The translations under genes and the position numbers were made by a program. A DNA stretch of 60,008 bases, the filler included, from Basidiobolus ranarum (lineage: Eukaryota): assembly GCA_040143965.1 (NCBI GenBank). It is 12 parts of 12 records of this genome, joined end to end, with 100 filler letters (N's around TTAATTAATTAA, not from the genome) between each part and the next. Parts side by side here need not be neighbours in the genome. Positions count along the whole stretch, not along the records: positions 10,049 to 14,968 come from JASJQH010001783.1; positions 15,069 to 19,987 come from JASJQH010001784.1; positions 20,088 to 25,004 come from JASJQH010001785.1; 9 more parts are not named here. One strand, 5' to 3'. How positions within the stretch are numbered: the stretch's first letter is position 1; each line of letters starts with the position of its first letter. The notes under the pieces are model-generated. The model had not been told where the DNA came from. It saw only the letters and a program-made list of their open reading frames with translations, and did not search any database. Of this stretch, positions 12,154-25,104 are shown one piece after another.

Positions 12154-14449
12154 CTTAAAGAAAGTTGAAAGAAATATATTACCAGTATTGGAAGATAGGA
12201 TTTGGAAAGATAGTGTTGGGTATTTAGCATATATCTTAGGATCTAGTTGCTTGAGAATTGTTAACAGTCAAGAGAACACTGGAAATACAAGTCTAATGCG
12301 GATGGCAATGGTAACGGGTGAATAACAAGATATTGGAAAGGGCGATAGTTGTGAGCTCTATTTTAGCTTCTTACACGCTTGGTTCAATGTCTTAATTGGC
12401 TTTAGTATTTGGGTCGCTTGAGGCCCTTGAGGCTTTAAGTAGGTGGCTGATTTTGGCGTATCCCAAGACCAATCCGATTTCAGGTATTATTTATGCTATT
12501 ATTTACTTTTTTACATTTCTCGTTACCTGAGTCTTTCTGATGATCAAATTGCATGGCATATATGCGCCTTTTCACACATATCATGAAACTTGATGGGATC
12601 TGAAACAATGCTCAAGTCAACAATATGGGACCGTCAATTGGCTTGATGCCAGTGCTGGTTGTTGTGAGTCCGTGAACATCGGGTGCTTTATGATGCCAAT
12701 AAGTCTGCAATCGAGCTTCACCAAGAATCCCAGCTGTCTCTGTTCTAAATGAGAACAAACCACATATGACCTCATGCAGGCTGTTACAATTAAAAAATGG
12801 ACTCAAGCTAGTATGCGCTCTAGATCGACCCATCGACAATTTGATTGAATCATAGCTATAAGCACATTATTTCCAGAAATGTGCAGCAATGTCAGCCTGT
12901 GCCTAATTTACTCGGCATTCCCTGTTGGGTGATACATGGCCAATCAGAAGGACTCATTAGGATTACTTAACGAGGCTGCAGCATGACGATAGAGATCCAC
13001 CTGACTAATACCAGTCGTTATTAATTGACGCGGTCATTGATGAAAGAATGATGCAGTTTCTGGGATCTGACTTGAATTCACGTTAATCCGCACCTGAATG
13101 GCTATACAGTGCTTATTGCCATATGAACTCGTAGAAACCTCGAAGCATACTATCTGACATGGGCCTCGATAGGCAAGTCTGATAGCCAACACAGTCTCAC
13201 CTCCAGGGCTCTGGCTACATGTTGGAGCATAAAGTGGATAAGCTTTAGATTGGGCCATTTCTAGTTGCTGACTGAGGAATCCGACAGTTCAGCACATTTG
13301 TCTATTGCTGCATATCATACCCGAGTGTGGCCCGAGATCTGCCCTCGTCATCATACATAAATAATATTCCCTTTCACTCTTACTGGTCATACTGTATCTC
13401 ATCATGATGACTGTCGATTGCTCATTGTGAAACTGATGCAATATCTCTTCATACACTTTACGACTCATGCCCAGTCTCGAAAGAAGTCAACCATCAACGG
13501 ACATGTATGTTTGCGCACGTAGCACAATTTGTGTTTATGCAGTAGTGTTGGGAATATGATGCACGTAGTTTTCGCTGGGTTGTATATATCACCACACCTC
13601 AAAAGCCTTCACTTCTGTTCTGCGTGCCATTGTGCTTAAGCAGTACTTCGCCACCCCCTTTCATGCTGTTTAACATAAAAACAATCAGCTTAAGCTACCT
13701 CACGGCTTAACTAGAACATGATGCACTCAGTAAGAATGTTTATTTTCCCATATGATATTGGAGCCTAGAGAAAGCTACCTATAAGACCACATGATGTAGT
13801 GATAATAAATATTGCTAAAGCAGCACTTAAATTGCAGTTAAATAACACAGCTACAGGTACTATAGCCACTGCCCAATATCCATTCCTGTATATGGAGAAG
13901 TCAATAAATTACTAGAAAATGACCATGCAAAGTATTCCGGAATAAGTTCGATAGATACTCATATCAACTGCACTAGAATACCAGTACCAGATCCCTGGGA
14001 GTTTCCAAATTTAAATGGGTTGGGTATATATGTGCATGACTGGACCATATCTTGAAATACACGGATTGGATCATAATATCCCAGTTTCCCAACATCCTGG
14101 TCAATCCAGGCTTGAGTCTGAGCAACTAATAGAATACGTCCATATAATAGGTGCTAAAAAGGATCATTTCTATGGCTGACTAGATTGATTTATCAACAAC
14201 GTGTCGACCCAATCTGATTAGCGTGATAGTAATGGATAAAACTATTCATATTGTCAATCATTAAAATCCTGGAACACGTTATTTTTATCCTTCGACGAGA
14301 CCGAGTTCAATCCCGTGTCTATTCATCTTTATCGATCGGATCTTCTAGAAATTCGAGCTATTCATGCTGTTGAATTACTACGTAATGTCAAGATGATTCT
14401 TACGAGTTTCATGGTACCCCAAATACGGTGCAAAAGCTATTCTGTTTGA

Positions 14450-14968
<519 letters not shown>

Positions 14969-15068
14969 NNNNNNNNNNNNNNNNNNNNNNNNNNNNNNNN
15001 NNNNNNNNNNNNTTAATTAATTAANNNNNNNNNNNNNNNNNNNNNNNNNNNNNNNNNNNNNNNNNNNN

Positions 15069-15239
15069 TCATTTGCAACTATTTTGCGAGATCTTGAAAT
15101 TTCACTCCTGAAACTGAAAAAATTGATTAAAATCAAATCTAACTTGACGTTTTTATGACGGTAAGTAAACGGTCAACCCCAAATGGATTAAAATTGTGAC
15201 GGTTTTCCTACGATAACAATCCTCAAATTTCTGTTAGGG
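15069..15239. repeat. ~170-bp repeat unit, direct copy at ~16452-16617; possible DNA transposon end
   Basis: TGCAACTA.TTTGCGAGATCTTGAAAT...CAAATTTCT.TTAGGG is shared; similarity stops abruptly after TAGGG in both copies. Confidence 0.75.
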
Positions 15240-17048
15240 CAAGGCAACTGCTGAATACTTTTGTTAATACTTACATTATCCTATCATTAATGTTTAGCAC
15301 ATCATGCAAAATCAATATGGATTGCAGTTAAATATAGCATAAATCACTTTAGTTGGATCACTACTGTTTTTGTCTTAATAAAGCACTGATAGCATGAAGC
15401 TGTCATGTATCAAAAGCAGCAATGATAGCCTATTAATACAAGCAATTTCACTACAATTAAATGAAAAATGCCTGTCAATAAAAAGCTTGCATAGACGTAT
15501 TGGCTTGATATGGCTCAATCCATTCACATTCTCACCCAATTAGAAGCTTACATGATTGAATGAAAAATTTGCTGATCAAAAATGATGAATCAAGCAATCC
15601 TGATCACTACTACCATACTGCAGATTGATCCATAATCAAGTGCTCTGATTTGTCACCAGTGTGCCAAAACTACTGGTGCTTTGTAATGCAGGAGCCATTG
15701 GGCCCAATTGAAAATTAGGATACTGTGTTAGTAAGGGACAAATGATTGGCCTCAAAACATGTGAATGTCTTGGTTATACATTTGATTTGGTAAGTTGTGG
15801 TATAAATTGTGTATTGTTACACATTCAGTAATTTGTCAGTCACAAACTAGGGGATGAACTTGCTTCATCAGTTACCAAAAATTCTAATTTGGCAATACTT
15901 AATTGGGTAACTTGGTACATGCTGGCACAATATCTCCAATGAAATCATTGTGTCTGGTTATGGAGGGATTGCGCCATATTGTTCCTTGTAGTGTCCAGTT
16001 GAGTGTCATAGGGCCTAGCCATGGTAATTGACAGATCATGCCAGAAGGTGTAGTAGCAGGCTGGATTGAGCAGCTTGATCTAACCTGGTCTGATGGAACA
16101 AGTCTATTATGGCTGGAATACAAAGCATAAAATATCTAAATTATGGCATGAATATTATTTCAAATTCCTACATCAGTAAACCCAGTACTTTGCCATTCAA
16201 AAATTAGATTTTTGAAAAAACTGCTTAAATAATGCATGCCAAATATGAGCTCAATATTTTATCATGCAAGAATGCCATTAAAATATGTCAAGAAGCTATT
16301 ATCCCATGTGATGGTTTTGGGATTGAGAAGGGTGAATCTGATCCAAATCTAATTGATTTTATTTTTGTTTTGGGTAGTAAATGTGTAAGATTTGAGTTAC
16401 AACTTTTGCTCATGTGTCGCTCCAGAGTTCTCTGAGATTGAAGCCAAGTATGTGCAACTAGTTTGCGAGATCTTGAAATATCACTCCTGGTACAAAAAAA
16501 TTGATTAAAATCAAAACTATTTTGACAATTTTATGATGGTGAGTAAATGGTCAATCTAAAATGCATTAAAATTGTGATGGTTTTCCTACAATAACAATTC
16601 TCAAATTTCTCTTAGGGACTACTGGCCAACATATTTAATTAAAGTAAGTCTTTCCCTTACAAACAGAATAATAGTCATAAAATTTAGATAGTATCTGTCA
16701 TATCTGGATTTAACTCACCAGTGCTTATAGATAGCTTCTTGGAGCCTTTGATTATGGAATTTGGATGGGTGAATATTTTTTTAAAGCTAATATCAATGTA
16801 TGTATTAGTGACACTCCTGCCATCAGTAAACTTGGAGGTTTTTGTGGGCACAATGTACTAGACTTGTTCTATTTTATTGAGCCAGATCAGGCCAGCTAAA
16901 AAGTGTGCCAGCACAAATTGGATTGATTGGGCACTATCTGCCACAATGTTATTTTCCATTTTGGAAACAGTTTATATTACTTATGTGGTGTATTTAAGAA
17001 AAGTACTTTTAGACATTATTGCAAATTCAAAAGATGATGAAAGCTTTA

Positions 17049-17969
17049 TTAATGGTGTCTTAAGTCCAGAGCTCTCAATGGATATCTTTGAGTATGAGGG
17101 TATTGAGAATTAATCAAGATTTTGACAACTTTGCCTAACTTTGATGGAGGCCCACATAATGATTTTCCTCTATACTTTCCTGCTACAATGCTACTTCTCT
17201 TGAGTAAACCAAAGCTATGTTCTACTCTGGCTCTAAAATGGGAAAAAATGTCATCATACAGCTTTTGCCTCTCTGTGAGTATCCCTCCTCTGGGCCTCTT
17301 GTTAGCAGTGACACATTGTAGCCTTCTGCATTCTTCCCCAACATATGCCAAATCAGCCATAGTCTTCCCATATCTTACAAATAGTGCATGCCTCTCAACC
17401 TAAAGTCTTTTGTCATGGCGTCTCCCTCAATGTGGCCCACTAAACCAAATGATGTTTCCATCTAAATTGGTCAAAGCCTGGAACTTTACACAGTGGGCTT
17501 TGTACTTGCCAGAATAGATTAGCATTTGGTTGCTTGTGGGCCTGTTAATTCTGACTGGAAATGTGTTGAGAATACTTCTGATATGAACTCTATTGGGAAA
17601 TACTCCTGGAAATGAAAGGAAATTAGTGTCTCTAAATCTTCTGTCCCAGGCATCTTCAACATCATTCATCACTGAAGCTAGAAAATTCTCACTTACTTGA
17701 AGCCTGGTATGGAAGCTTCTCCCACTTTTGCTACCATTAATAGTGCACTGAAATATGATTGGACAATCGTTTTTGTGGTAACAAAACACATTGACTAGCT
17801 GCTTTCTGGTTGGTGTTGGAGTATATGAGCCACCGTATTTCTCAAATATAGCTTCTAGGGTGGTAATAGGAAAGCTGGTAGTTGCTTTTGGATTAATGAG
17901 GATTGACTTTTTAGAGTAGATGGAGAGCATGATATTAATCTTGTGTTGAGCTGGCACAATACTGATCAA
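17049..17969 (-). pseudogene. DDE_Tnp_4 (IS5/PIF-Harbinger/ISL2EU-like) transposase remnant
   Basis: One frame: IL(D>N)TFPVRINRP...YSGKYKAHCVKFQALTNLDGNIIWFSGPH*GRRHDKRL*...MADLAYVG...RARVEHSFGLLKR; two in-frame stops. Confidence 0.85.
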
Positions 17970-18313
17970 TATGGTGCATACAAGTTATTTCTCTAAGAAT
18001 TTCAATTATCATGGTAAAATTCCCTACATTCTGTAAAATAAAATTTCTGTTGGCATTTATTATCCTAATAATTTGATTATGTGTAATTTCATGGAAATTA
18101 TATAATAAATTGCATCAGCAAAATTAGTCATGGTTTGATCCAAATCAATTTATTTAGCATACATATTGAAAAGGCTCAAAGCAAAATGCATTATGCTTGA
18201 TCACACTATAGGAAATTAACTTTGACATTTGAACCAATAATAAATAAAGATCCCTAATACTGATTGAAACCAATAAAGTATAACATCCTAGATATATATG
18301 GTAGTTACATATC

Positions 18314-19987
18314 ATGTCAAAACAGATTCTTCCTGATTCACAACCTACTTTGGTACAGGAAACCACCACTTCCAAAATTTTGTGCATGCAGTCAAATGAA
18401 GCTGTGGGTGATGATTTAACAGATGCCCAGGTATCCACTATGAATTCTTGGTTGGACATATGGGAGTTGGTGATAAACTTGACAGAAGCTGGGGAAGGGA
18501 GCATTAGAAAAAAGTGGAAGCAACTTTTGACTCTGCTTTGGAGATAATACTATATCTTCATGCCTTCAGAAGTCTGCAAGAAAATATATGATAAGACTCA
18601 TGAGGATAGAAAGCATGAATTGTGTAATAGGAATTTCAATTTTGAGTCTACACAGACATGATTCCAATCTTGTTTTTGCTTGTATGGACCGGAAGTGACT
18701 ATTGTGGCCTCAACTTTAGAGACAAAAGATGTTCTAAGTAGATATCTACCACCACTCAATGAGACTTTGCAGTAACTGTTGATAGAGGTTGCAGAGTTCA
18801 AAACAACATTTCAGGACACTATTGCAAGAGTAATCAACAGAGGTATAAAGAGAAAAGCAAGACAATTTATTGAATCAGAAGATATTCCCAAAGGCAAATT
18901 GGAGCAGTCTAGACCATTGCAGAGACATACTAGATCACTTTGAATCAAAGGGACTCCGGACAAGGTATCTATTTCACAAGAAGAATCTACACAACTCACC
19001 ACTAGAATTGCGGTAACACCTCCCACAAGGGAAAGAGCCCTACAAGTTGGTTCATCAGCTAGTAGTACACATTGACAGCAACACCAGCTTGGAAGAGTCC
19101 GCAATGTTTCTCCCGTTTTTGATGAAGAGCAAGCAGTCAATGAAGAACCAGAAAGAGGATGGCCTGCATTCTCATGCATTGTAGCGTGCAATTTACCTGA
19201 TTCAACCAAACCAACCAGTAAGCTTTTTACATCTGGAGAAGAGTCAGCTCCAAGGAGCATGCCACCAGAAAGACATACTGGTTTAATGCATGCAACCGCG
19301 CAACAGCAACAAAAGCCAACCGCAAGAATTATTGCACCTTCCACTTTGTTGGATGATGATCTGACATCTGAGAGTAATCTACTTAGACAGCATTCTGTTA
19401 CAACACATACCCTAACATGACCAAGACAACAGGTGTTTGAAAGAGAGAGAGAAGCTCTTGCTGAGCTTGAAGAAGCCACAACAGTCAAACACAAATCTCA
19501 AGGTAGATGAGATGATCCGACGTGTTCTGCCATGCAACAGAGGTCACAGGGGCCAATCAAAAGAGCTGAAGCTTCCACCATGGTTGAAGTGGTAAGAACT
19601 GCCAAACGCAAACCTCAAGGTACATGACTTGCACCAACATGTACTGGAACATGACTACGGCAATGGCCAGTTGAACGAGATGAAGCTTCCACTGTGGTTG
19701 AAGAAGCAATAACCCCCAAACACAAACCACAAGGTAGATAACTTGCTCCAACACGTACTGCCATGTGACTGCGGCCACGGACAGTCAAAAGAGATGAATC
19801 TTATACTGTGGTTGAAGAGACAAGAACTGCCAAACATGAACCACCAGGTAGACAACTTGCTCCAACACATACTGCCATGCAACCCCGGTCACGGCCAGTC
19901 AAAAGAGATGAAGATTCCACTGTGGTTGAAGAAGCAATAACTGTTGAGCACAAACCTCAAGGTAGACAACTTGCTCCAACACATTCT
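18314..19987 (+). pseudogene. Long (>550 codon) stop-interrupted frame divergent from the transposase, ending in 38-aa tandem repeats
   Basis: The same frame is seen at 18314, 19442 and 19808 with no net frameshift. Interruptions are TGA/TAA at CGA/CAA-type positions. Confidence 0.65.
19466..19987 (+). repeat. 114-bp tandem repeat (~4.5 units), unit ~VEEARTAKHKPQGR(R)LAPTRTAM(R)PRSRPVKRDEAST(V)
   Basis: TGGTTGAAG recurs at 19581, 19695, 19809 and 19923. Confidence 0.92.
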
Positions 19988-20087
19988 NNNNNNNNNNNNN
20001 NNNNNNNNNNNNNNNNNNNNNNNNNNNNNNNTTAATTAATTAANNNNNNNNNNNNNNNNNNNNNNNNNNNNNNNNNNNNNNNNNNNN

Positions 20088-23000
20088 AAAGGCTTAAAGG
20101 AGAGTTTCCGCAGTGCTAAAGACTACTGACAAATGACATAAGGTATGGTGTCAAGATGCGAGTGGTATGGGATGCACTAAAAGGACTGTCAGCACAGTCC
20201 TCAAGTCTCCTGAAAAATGATCAAGAGAATAGTGCCAAAAAAAAGTGGGTATGGGAAACACCTAAAGCAGAGTCCACGCAGTGCTAAAAACTACTGACAA
20301 ATGACAAAGAGTATAGTGTCAAGAAACCAGCGGTATGTGGCACACTAAAAGCAAAGACTTACGAACCAGTACGAGCAAATCAGCGTTAAGCTTTGGTCAT
20401 TCCACGCACACTTGATTACATTGAACCCGCATCATCAAAAGTTTACTTCAAAATAAGTAACTTGTCCTATGCCTGTACTTAAACAAGCTTGCAAAGAACT
20501 CAGGTTTAAATACGTCAGGGTCAGTATAAATATCATCGAGTTAGTCAAAGCTAATATGACCTGACCATTTGGATGTGGCTTGACTTTATGTTTTGTGACT
20601 TGTAACAGTTACGTTGTTGGTATACTCTGTTTAAATGTTATGCAAAACATTTGTTGATTATGTAAACCTATATATGTTACGATAGGTTTGCAAAAGAATC
20701 AAAGGAGAGTCTACGCAGAGATAAAGAGAACTAATAAATGACAATGGGTATGGAAGACTGCTTACAAACGATGAAAGGTATGGTAAGGATATGGTACCAA
20801 GAAATGAGCGGTATGGAAAATACTTAAAGGAGAGTATACGGAGAGCTAAAGACCATTGACAAATGATGCAGAGTATGGTGCCACAAACGACGGGAATGGG
20901 AAACATTTAAAGGAAAGCCTATAAAGTGGTAAAGAAGTGCCAAAGACTACTGAAAACGACGAAGGGTATGGTGATAACAAACAACTGGTACAGAAAACAC
21001 TTAAAAGAGAGTCTGGGCAGAGCTGAAGGCTACTGGCAAGCGATGAAGGGTATGGTGCCCAGCACTAAGCGTTAGGGAAACACTTAAAGAATAGTCTATG
21101 ACGAGTAAATGATGCTGACAAGTGACAATTGACAAATGATGAAGGGTATGGTGATAACAAATGTCGGGTATGGGAAACACTGATAGCGAAGTCCACTAAG
21201 AGCTAGAGCCTGCTGACAAAAGACAAAGGGTATGGTGATAACAAACGCCCGGTTTGGGAAAGGCTTAAAGGAGAGTTTATGAAGTGCCTAAGACTACTGA
21301 AAGGTGATAATGAGCATAGTGCCAGGAATAACAGGTGTGAAAAACACTTAAAGAAGAGTTTACGTAGCGCTAGAACCTACTGGAAAATGGAACCTATACA
21401 GTGCGAGGACTATTGGCAAATATTGAAGGGTATGGGGCCAAGAAACGACGAGTATGGGAAACACTTAAAAGAGAGTCTAGAAATAATGGGTTTAGGAAAC
21501 GCTTAAAGTTTAGTTCAAAAGGTGCTAGAGACAACTTACATATGACAAATTATATGGTGCCGTGAAAAGACGGGTATGGAAAACATTTAAAGAAGAGTCT
21601 ACCAAGCGCGAAAGACTACTGCTGAGTGACAAAGGTTATGGTACCAAGAAACGAGGGGTATGGGAAAATCTTACTGACAAATGACAAAAGGTATGATGTC
21701 TACAAACAAGCGGTATGGGACACACTCAAAAGAGAATCCACGCAGTGCTATATGATGCCAAGAAACCACTGGTATGGGAAACACTAAAACCAAAGTTTAT
21801 ACAGTGCTAACGGCCATTTACAAATGATGAAGGGTATGGTGACAACAAACAATGAGTATGAAGAACACTTAAAAAAAGTGTATGTAATGTTAAAAACCAC
21901 CGATAAGTGACAAAGAGTATGGTGCTAAGAAACAATGGATTTGGAAAGCACTTAAAGTAGAGTCCACAAAGGGCTAGGAAACATTTAAAGTAGATGCTAC
22001 AAAGTGCAAAACCTATTTATAAGAGAGAAAAGTATGCTGCCAAAAACCAAACGGTATGGGAAACACTTGTAAAAGAGTTTACGAGCCTTAAGGACTGCTC
22101 ACAAATGATAAAAGGTATGGTGTTAATAAACGACGGATATGAGCAACACTTTAAGAAAAGTCTACAAAGCACTAAATACTATTGACAAATGATGAAGGGT
22201 ATGGTGATAGCAAATGTCGGGTACGGGTAACATTAATAGCGAAGTCTACTAAGAGCTAAAGCCTGCTAACAAAAGACAAAGGGTATGGTGATAACAAACG
22301 TCCAGTATGGGAAACACTTAAAGAAGAGTTTATAAAGTGCTAAAGACTGGTGAAAAATGAAAAAGAGTAAGGTGATAACAAACAAAGGGTAGGGGAAATA
22401 CTTAATGGATAAATGATGGGTATGGAATATGTTTAAGGTTGGGTGTACGAAGTGCTAAAGACTACTGACAAACGACAAATGGTAGGGTGCCACAACAAAC
22501 CAAGGGTAGGGGAAACACTTACTGGATAGTCTACAAAGTGCTAAAGATAACTGACAAATGATATAGGGTATGATGATAACAAACTTTGGGCGTGGGAACT
22601 ACTTAAAGAAGAGTCTACGAAGCGTGAAGACTGCTGACAAGCAAATGTCGGGTACGGGAAACACTAATAGCGAAGTCTACTAAGAGCTAAAGCCTGCTGG
22701 AAAAAGACAAAGGGTATGGTGATAACAAACTCCCGGTATGGGAAAGGCTTAAAGAAGAGTTTATAAAGTGCTAGAGACGATGGGAAACACTGATAGCAAA
22801 GTCTACGAAAAGGTATACACTGCTGATATGTGACAAACTGTATGGTCATACAAAACGTTGGGTTTGGGAGGGCACTAAAAGGAGAATGAGTCTACGAAGT
22901 GGTAAAGAATTGCTAAAGACTACTGCCAAGTGACAAATGGTACGGTGATCACTTACAAGAGAGTTTGCGAAGTGCGAAAGACTACTGAGACATGACGGAA

Positions 23001-24370
23001 GGTATGGTCGTAGCAAACAAGCGGTATGAGAAACATTAGAAACAATGGGCATGGGAAACATTAGAAACAACGAGTATGGGAAGTACTTCAAGCAGTAAAC
23101 GATGGGTATGGAAAATGTTTAAGGTCGAGTTTACGAAGTGCTAAAGACTACTGACAAACGACAAATGGTATGGTGCCATTAAACGACGGGTATGGGAAAC
23201 ATCCAAAAAAAGACTATAAAGTGCCAAAGACATAACGATTCCTCTTTCGCACTATTGGTTCTGGTTTAACTCTGTTCGAAGCAAAGTTATTGGTACTTCA
23301 TCTTAATTGATTATCATAGCTATTTTAACTTTTATTAAAATCAATAGTTGAACTCTTAATGAATGTCTCGTCCAAGCAAACCAAGAGTAAATAGACTTCA
23401 ATTTCAATCCAATGCGATATGTCCAACCGCTGTGCTATCATTACTCGCGCCACGAAGGAATATCAGGTATTTCCAAAAATCATTCCAGAAATTATGGGAC
23501 TATAAAATGGACCCAGTCAAGCACAGTATTAACAAGTATCCTGGGAATGATTAGTACATGGTGAGCAATCGGTGTGTGTGATCAGTCCAACTGTTAACCC
23601 AGAATTTTGCTTTGTTAATGATGCTAATCTGGAACTCAATTGTACAACGGTGCAAGTGATGAATGTGCCAAATCAGTGGTAAGATTTGGTCAGTTCATAC
23701 TTTGTCTAAAATATGACCTTGTCATTTACCACATGATTGGCTACAAACTTGATTAGATTAAAACCGCATCATTAAATAGTATCTCTAGTTAGGTTAGAAT
23801 TCACAACATGTCACATGGTCTTTGACCGTATATAAACTAATTGGTTGTGGCTTAGCTTAATCATTTGTGACTTGTAACAGGAATGTTATCGGCCAACTCT
23901 GTCCCGATGTTATGCAAAACATTAAAACCAGGCATGATACTTTGTCAACAACTTCAAATATTATGTTCATCATCTTTCAGGTGAATAAATTGCTTTTCAA
24001 TCGGATATTTCGATATTCATGTTATTAACAGATCAAGGAATAGCCTGTTAGATCATATACTGTTGTAAATACGTACAAATTTCTGGATTAAAAGCAACAA
24101 GACCACCGGCGCTAGTGATAGGTAGAAGCTACTAGAATATTCTATATGGTTGGAGGATTAGACTAATAATAGGGTTAAAATTGAAGCAAAAACAAAGGGT
24201 AAGGTGACCACAGACGACGGGTATGAGAAATACTTAGAGAAGAGTCTATGAAGTGCTAAAGATGACTGACGAATGACGAACAGTGTGGTGATAATAAACG
24301 TCGGATGTGGGAAACACTTAAAGGAAAGTCTACTAGGTCTTAAGACGCCTGACAAGTGACAAAGGGTAGG
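20088..24370 (+). repeat. Degenerate ~83-84-bp purine-rich satellite (main array 20690-23230, further units at 20088-20360 and 24185-24370)
   Basis: By-eye consensus GGGTATGGGAAACACTTAAAGGAGAGTCTACGAAGTGCTAAAGACTACTGACAAATGACGAAGGGTATGGTGATAACAAACGAC, repeated dozens of times with indels. Confidence 0.93.
20410..20662 (+). repeat. Non-satellite ~250-280-bp module, copies at ~23745-23922 (partial) and ~24577-24850
   Basis: Shared CTTGATTA.ATT.AA..CGCATCAT...TTGTGACTTGTAACAG...ATGTTATGCAAAACATT. Confidence 0.85.
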
Positions 24371-25104
24371 GCGTGTGGTTAAAGTGTCCCAGCTTGAGTA
24401 GTGCCACCCATATCAAGCCTCTGTAATGAACGCCACTTAAATCTAAACATAATGATGTATATTTTGGCCTATTGCTTCTTGTTCATTATGGTTCAAAACA
24501 AATCACCTGTAGAGTTACTTGCGCTCCATCTTAATTGTTTATCCGAGTAATTTTATGTTCTTTTATTGGCTGCATACTTGATTAGATTGAACGCGCATCA
24601 TCAAAATTGTACTTCAAAATAAGTAACTTGTCCTATGCCTGTACTTAAACAAGCTTGCAGAGAACTAAGGTTTAAATACATCAGCGGCAGTCTAAAAATG
24701 ATCGATTTAATCATCGAAAACAAGTAATTATAGCTCAGCTTGTATGACCTGACCAATTGGATGTGGCTTGGCTTTATATTTGTGACTTGTAACAGGAATG
24801 TTGTTGGTATACTCCGTTGAAATGTTATGCAAAACATTTGTTGATTATGAAAACCCACATAGTGTGGCCGGGTTTATTGGTAAATGCAAAAAGCCATTTA
24901 AATACGCAATTACAGAGTGCCAAACTTCAACCAGTAAATGAGTTTTGTAACTTGGTAACCTGCTACATTAGGTAACTAGGCGTGTACCACAGTTCAACCA
25001 ATAANNNNNNNNNNNNNNNNNNNNNNNNNNNNNNNNNNNNNNNNNNNNTTAATTAATTAANNNNNNNNNNNNNNNNNNNNNNNNNNNNNNNNNNNNNNNN
25101 NNNN

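Noticed and set aside
18811-19494. 227-aa Cys/Ser-rich minus-strand ORF
   Set aside because: Antisense shadow of the decayed plus-strand frame
17049-19987. Stop-codon reassignment or selenocysteine suggested by in-frame TGAs
   Set aside because: TGA alternates with CAA/TAA at homologous positions, as expected for CGA decay; host genes use TGA as a normal stop
20690-23230. 28-aa repeat protein (GYGKHLKESLRSAKDY*QMTKGMVITND) read with TGA=Trp, since some units have TGG
   Set aside because: Frequent non-triplet indels and 83-bp units break the frame; the consensus has a stop in every frame and no sustained ORF
20088-24370. CRISPR-like array
   Set aside because: The whole unit is repeated and degenerate; there are no unique spacers and no cas genes
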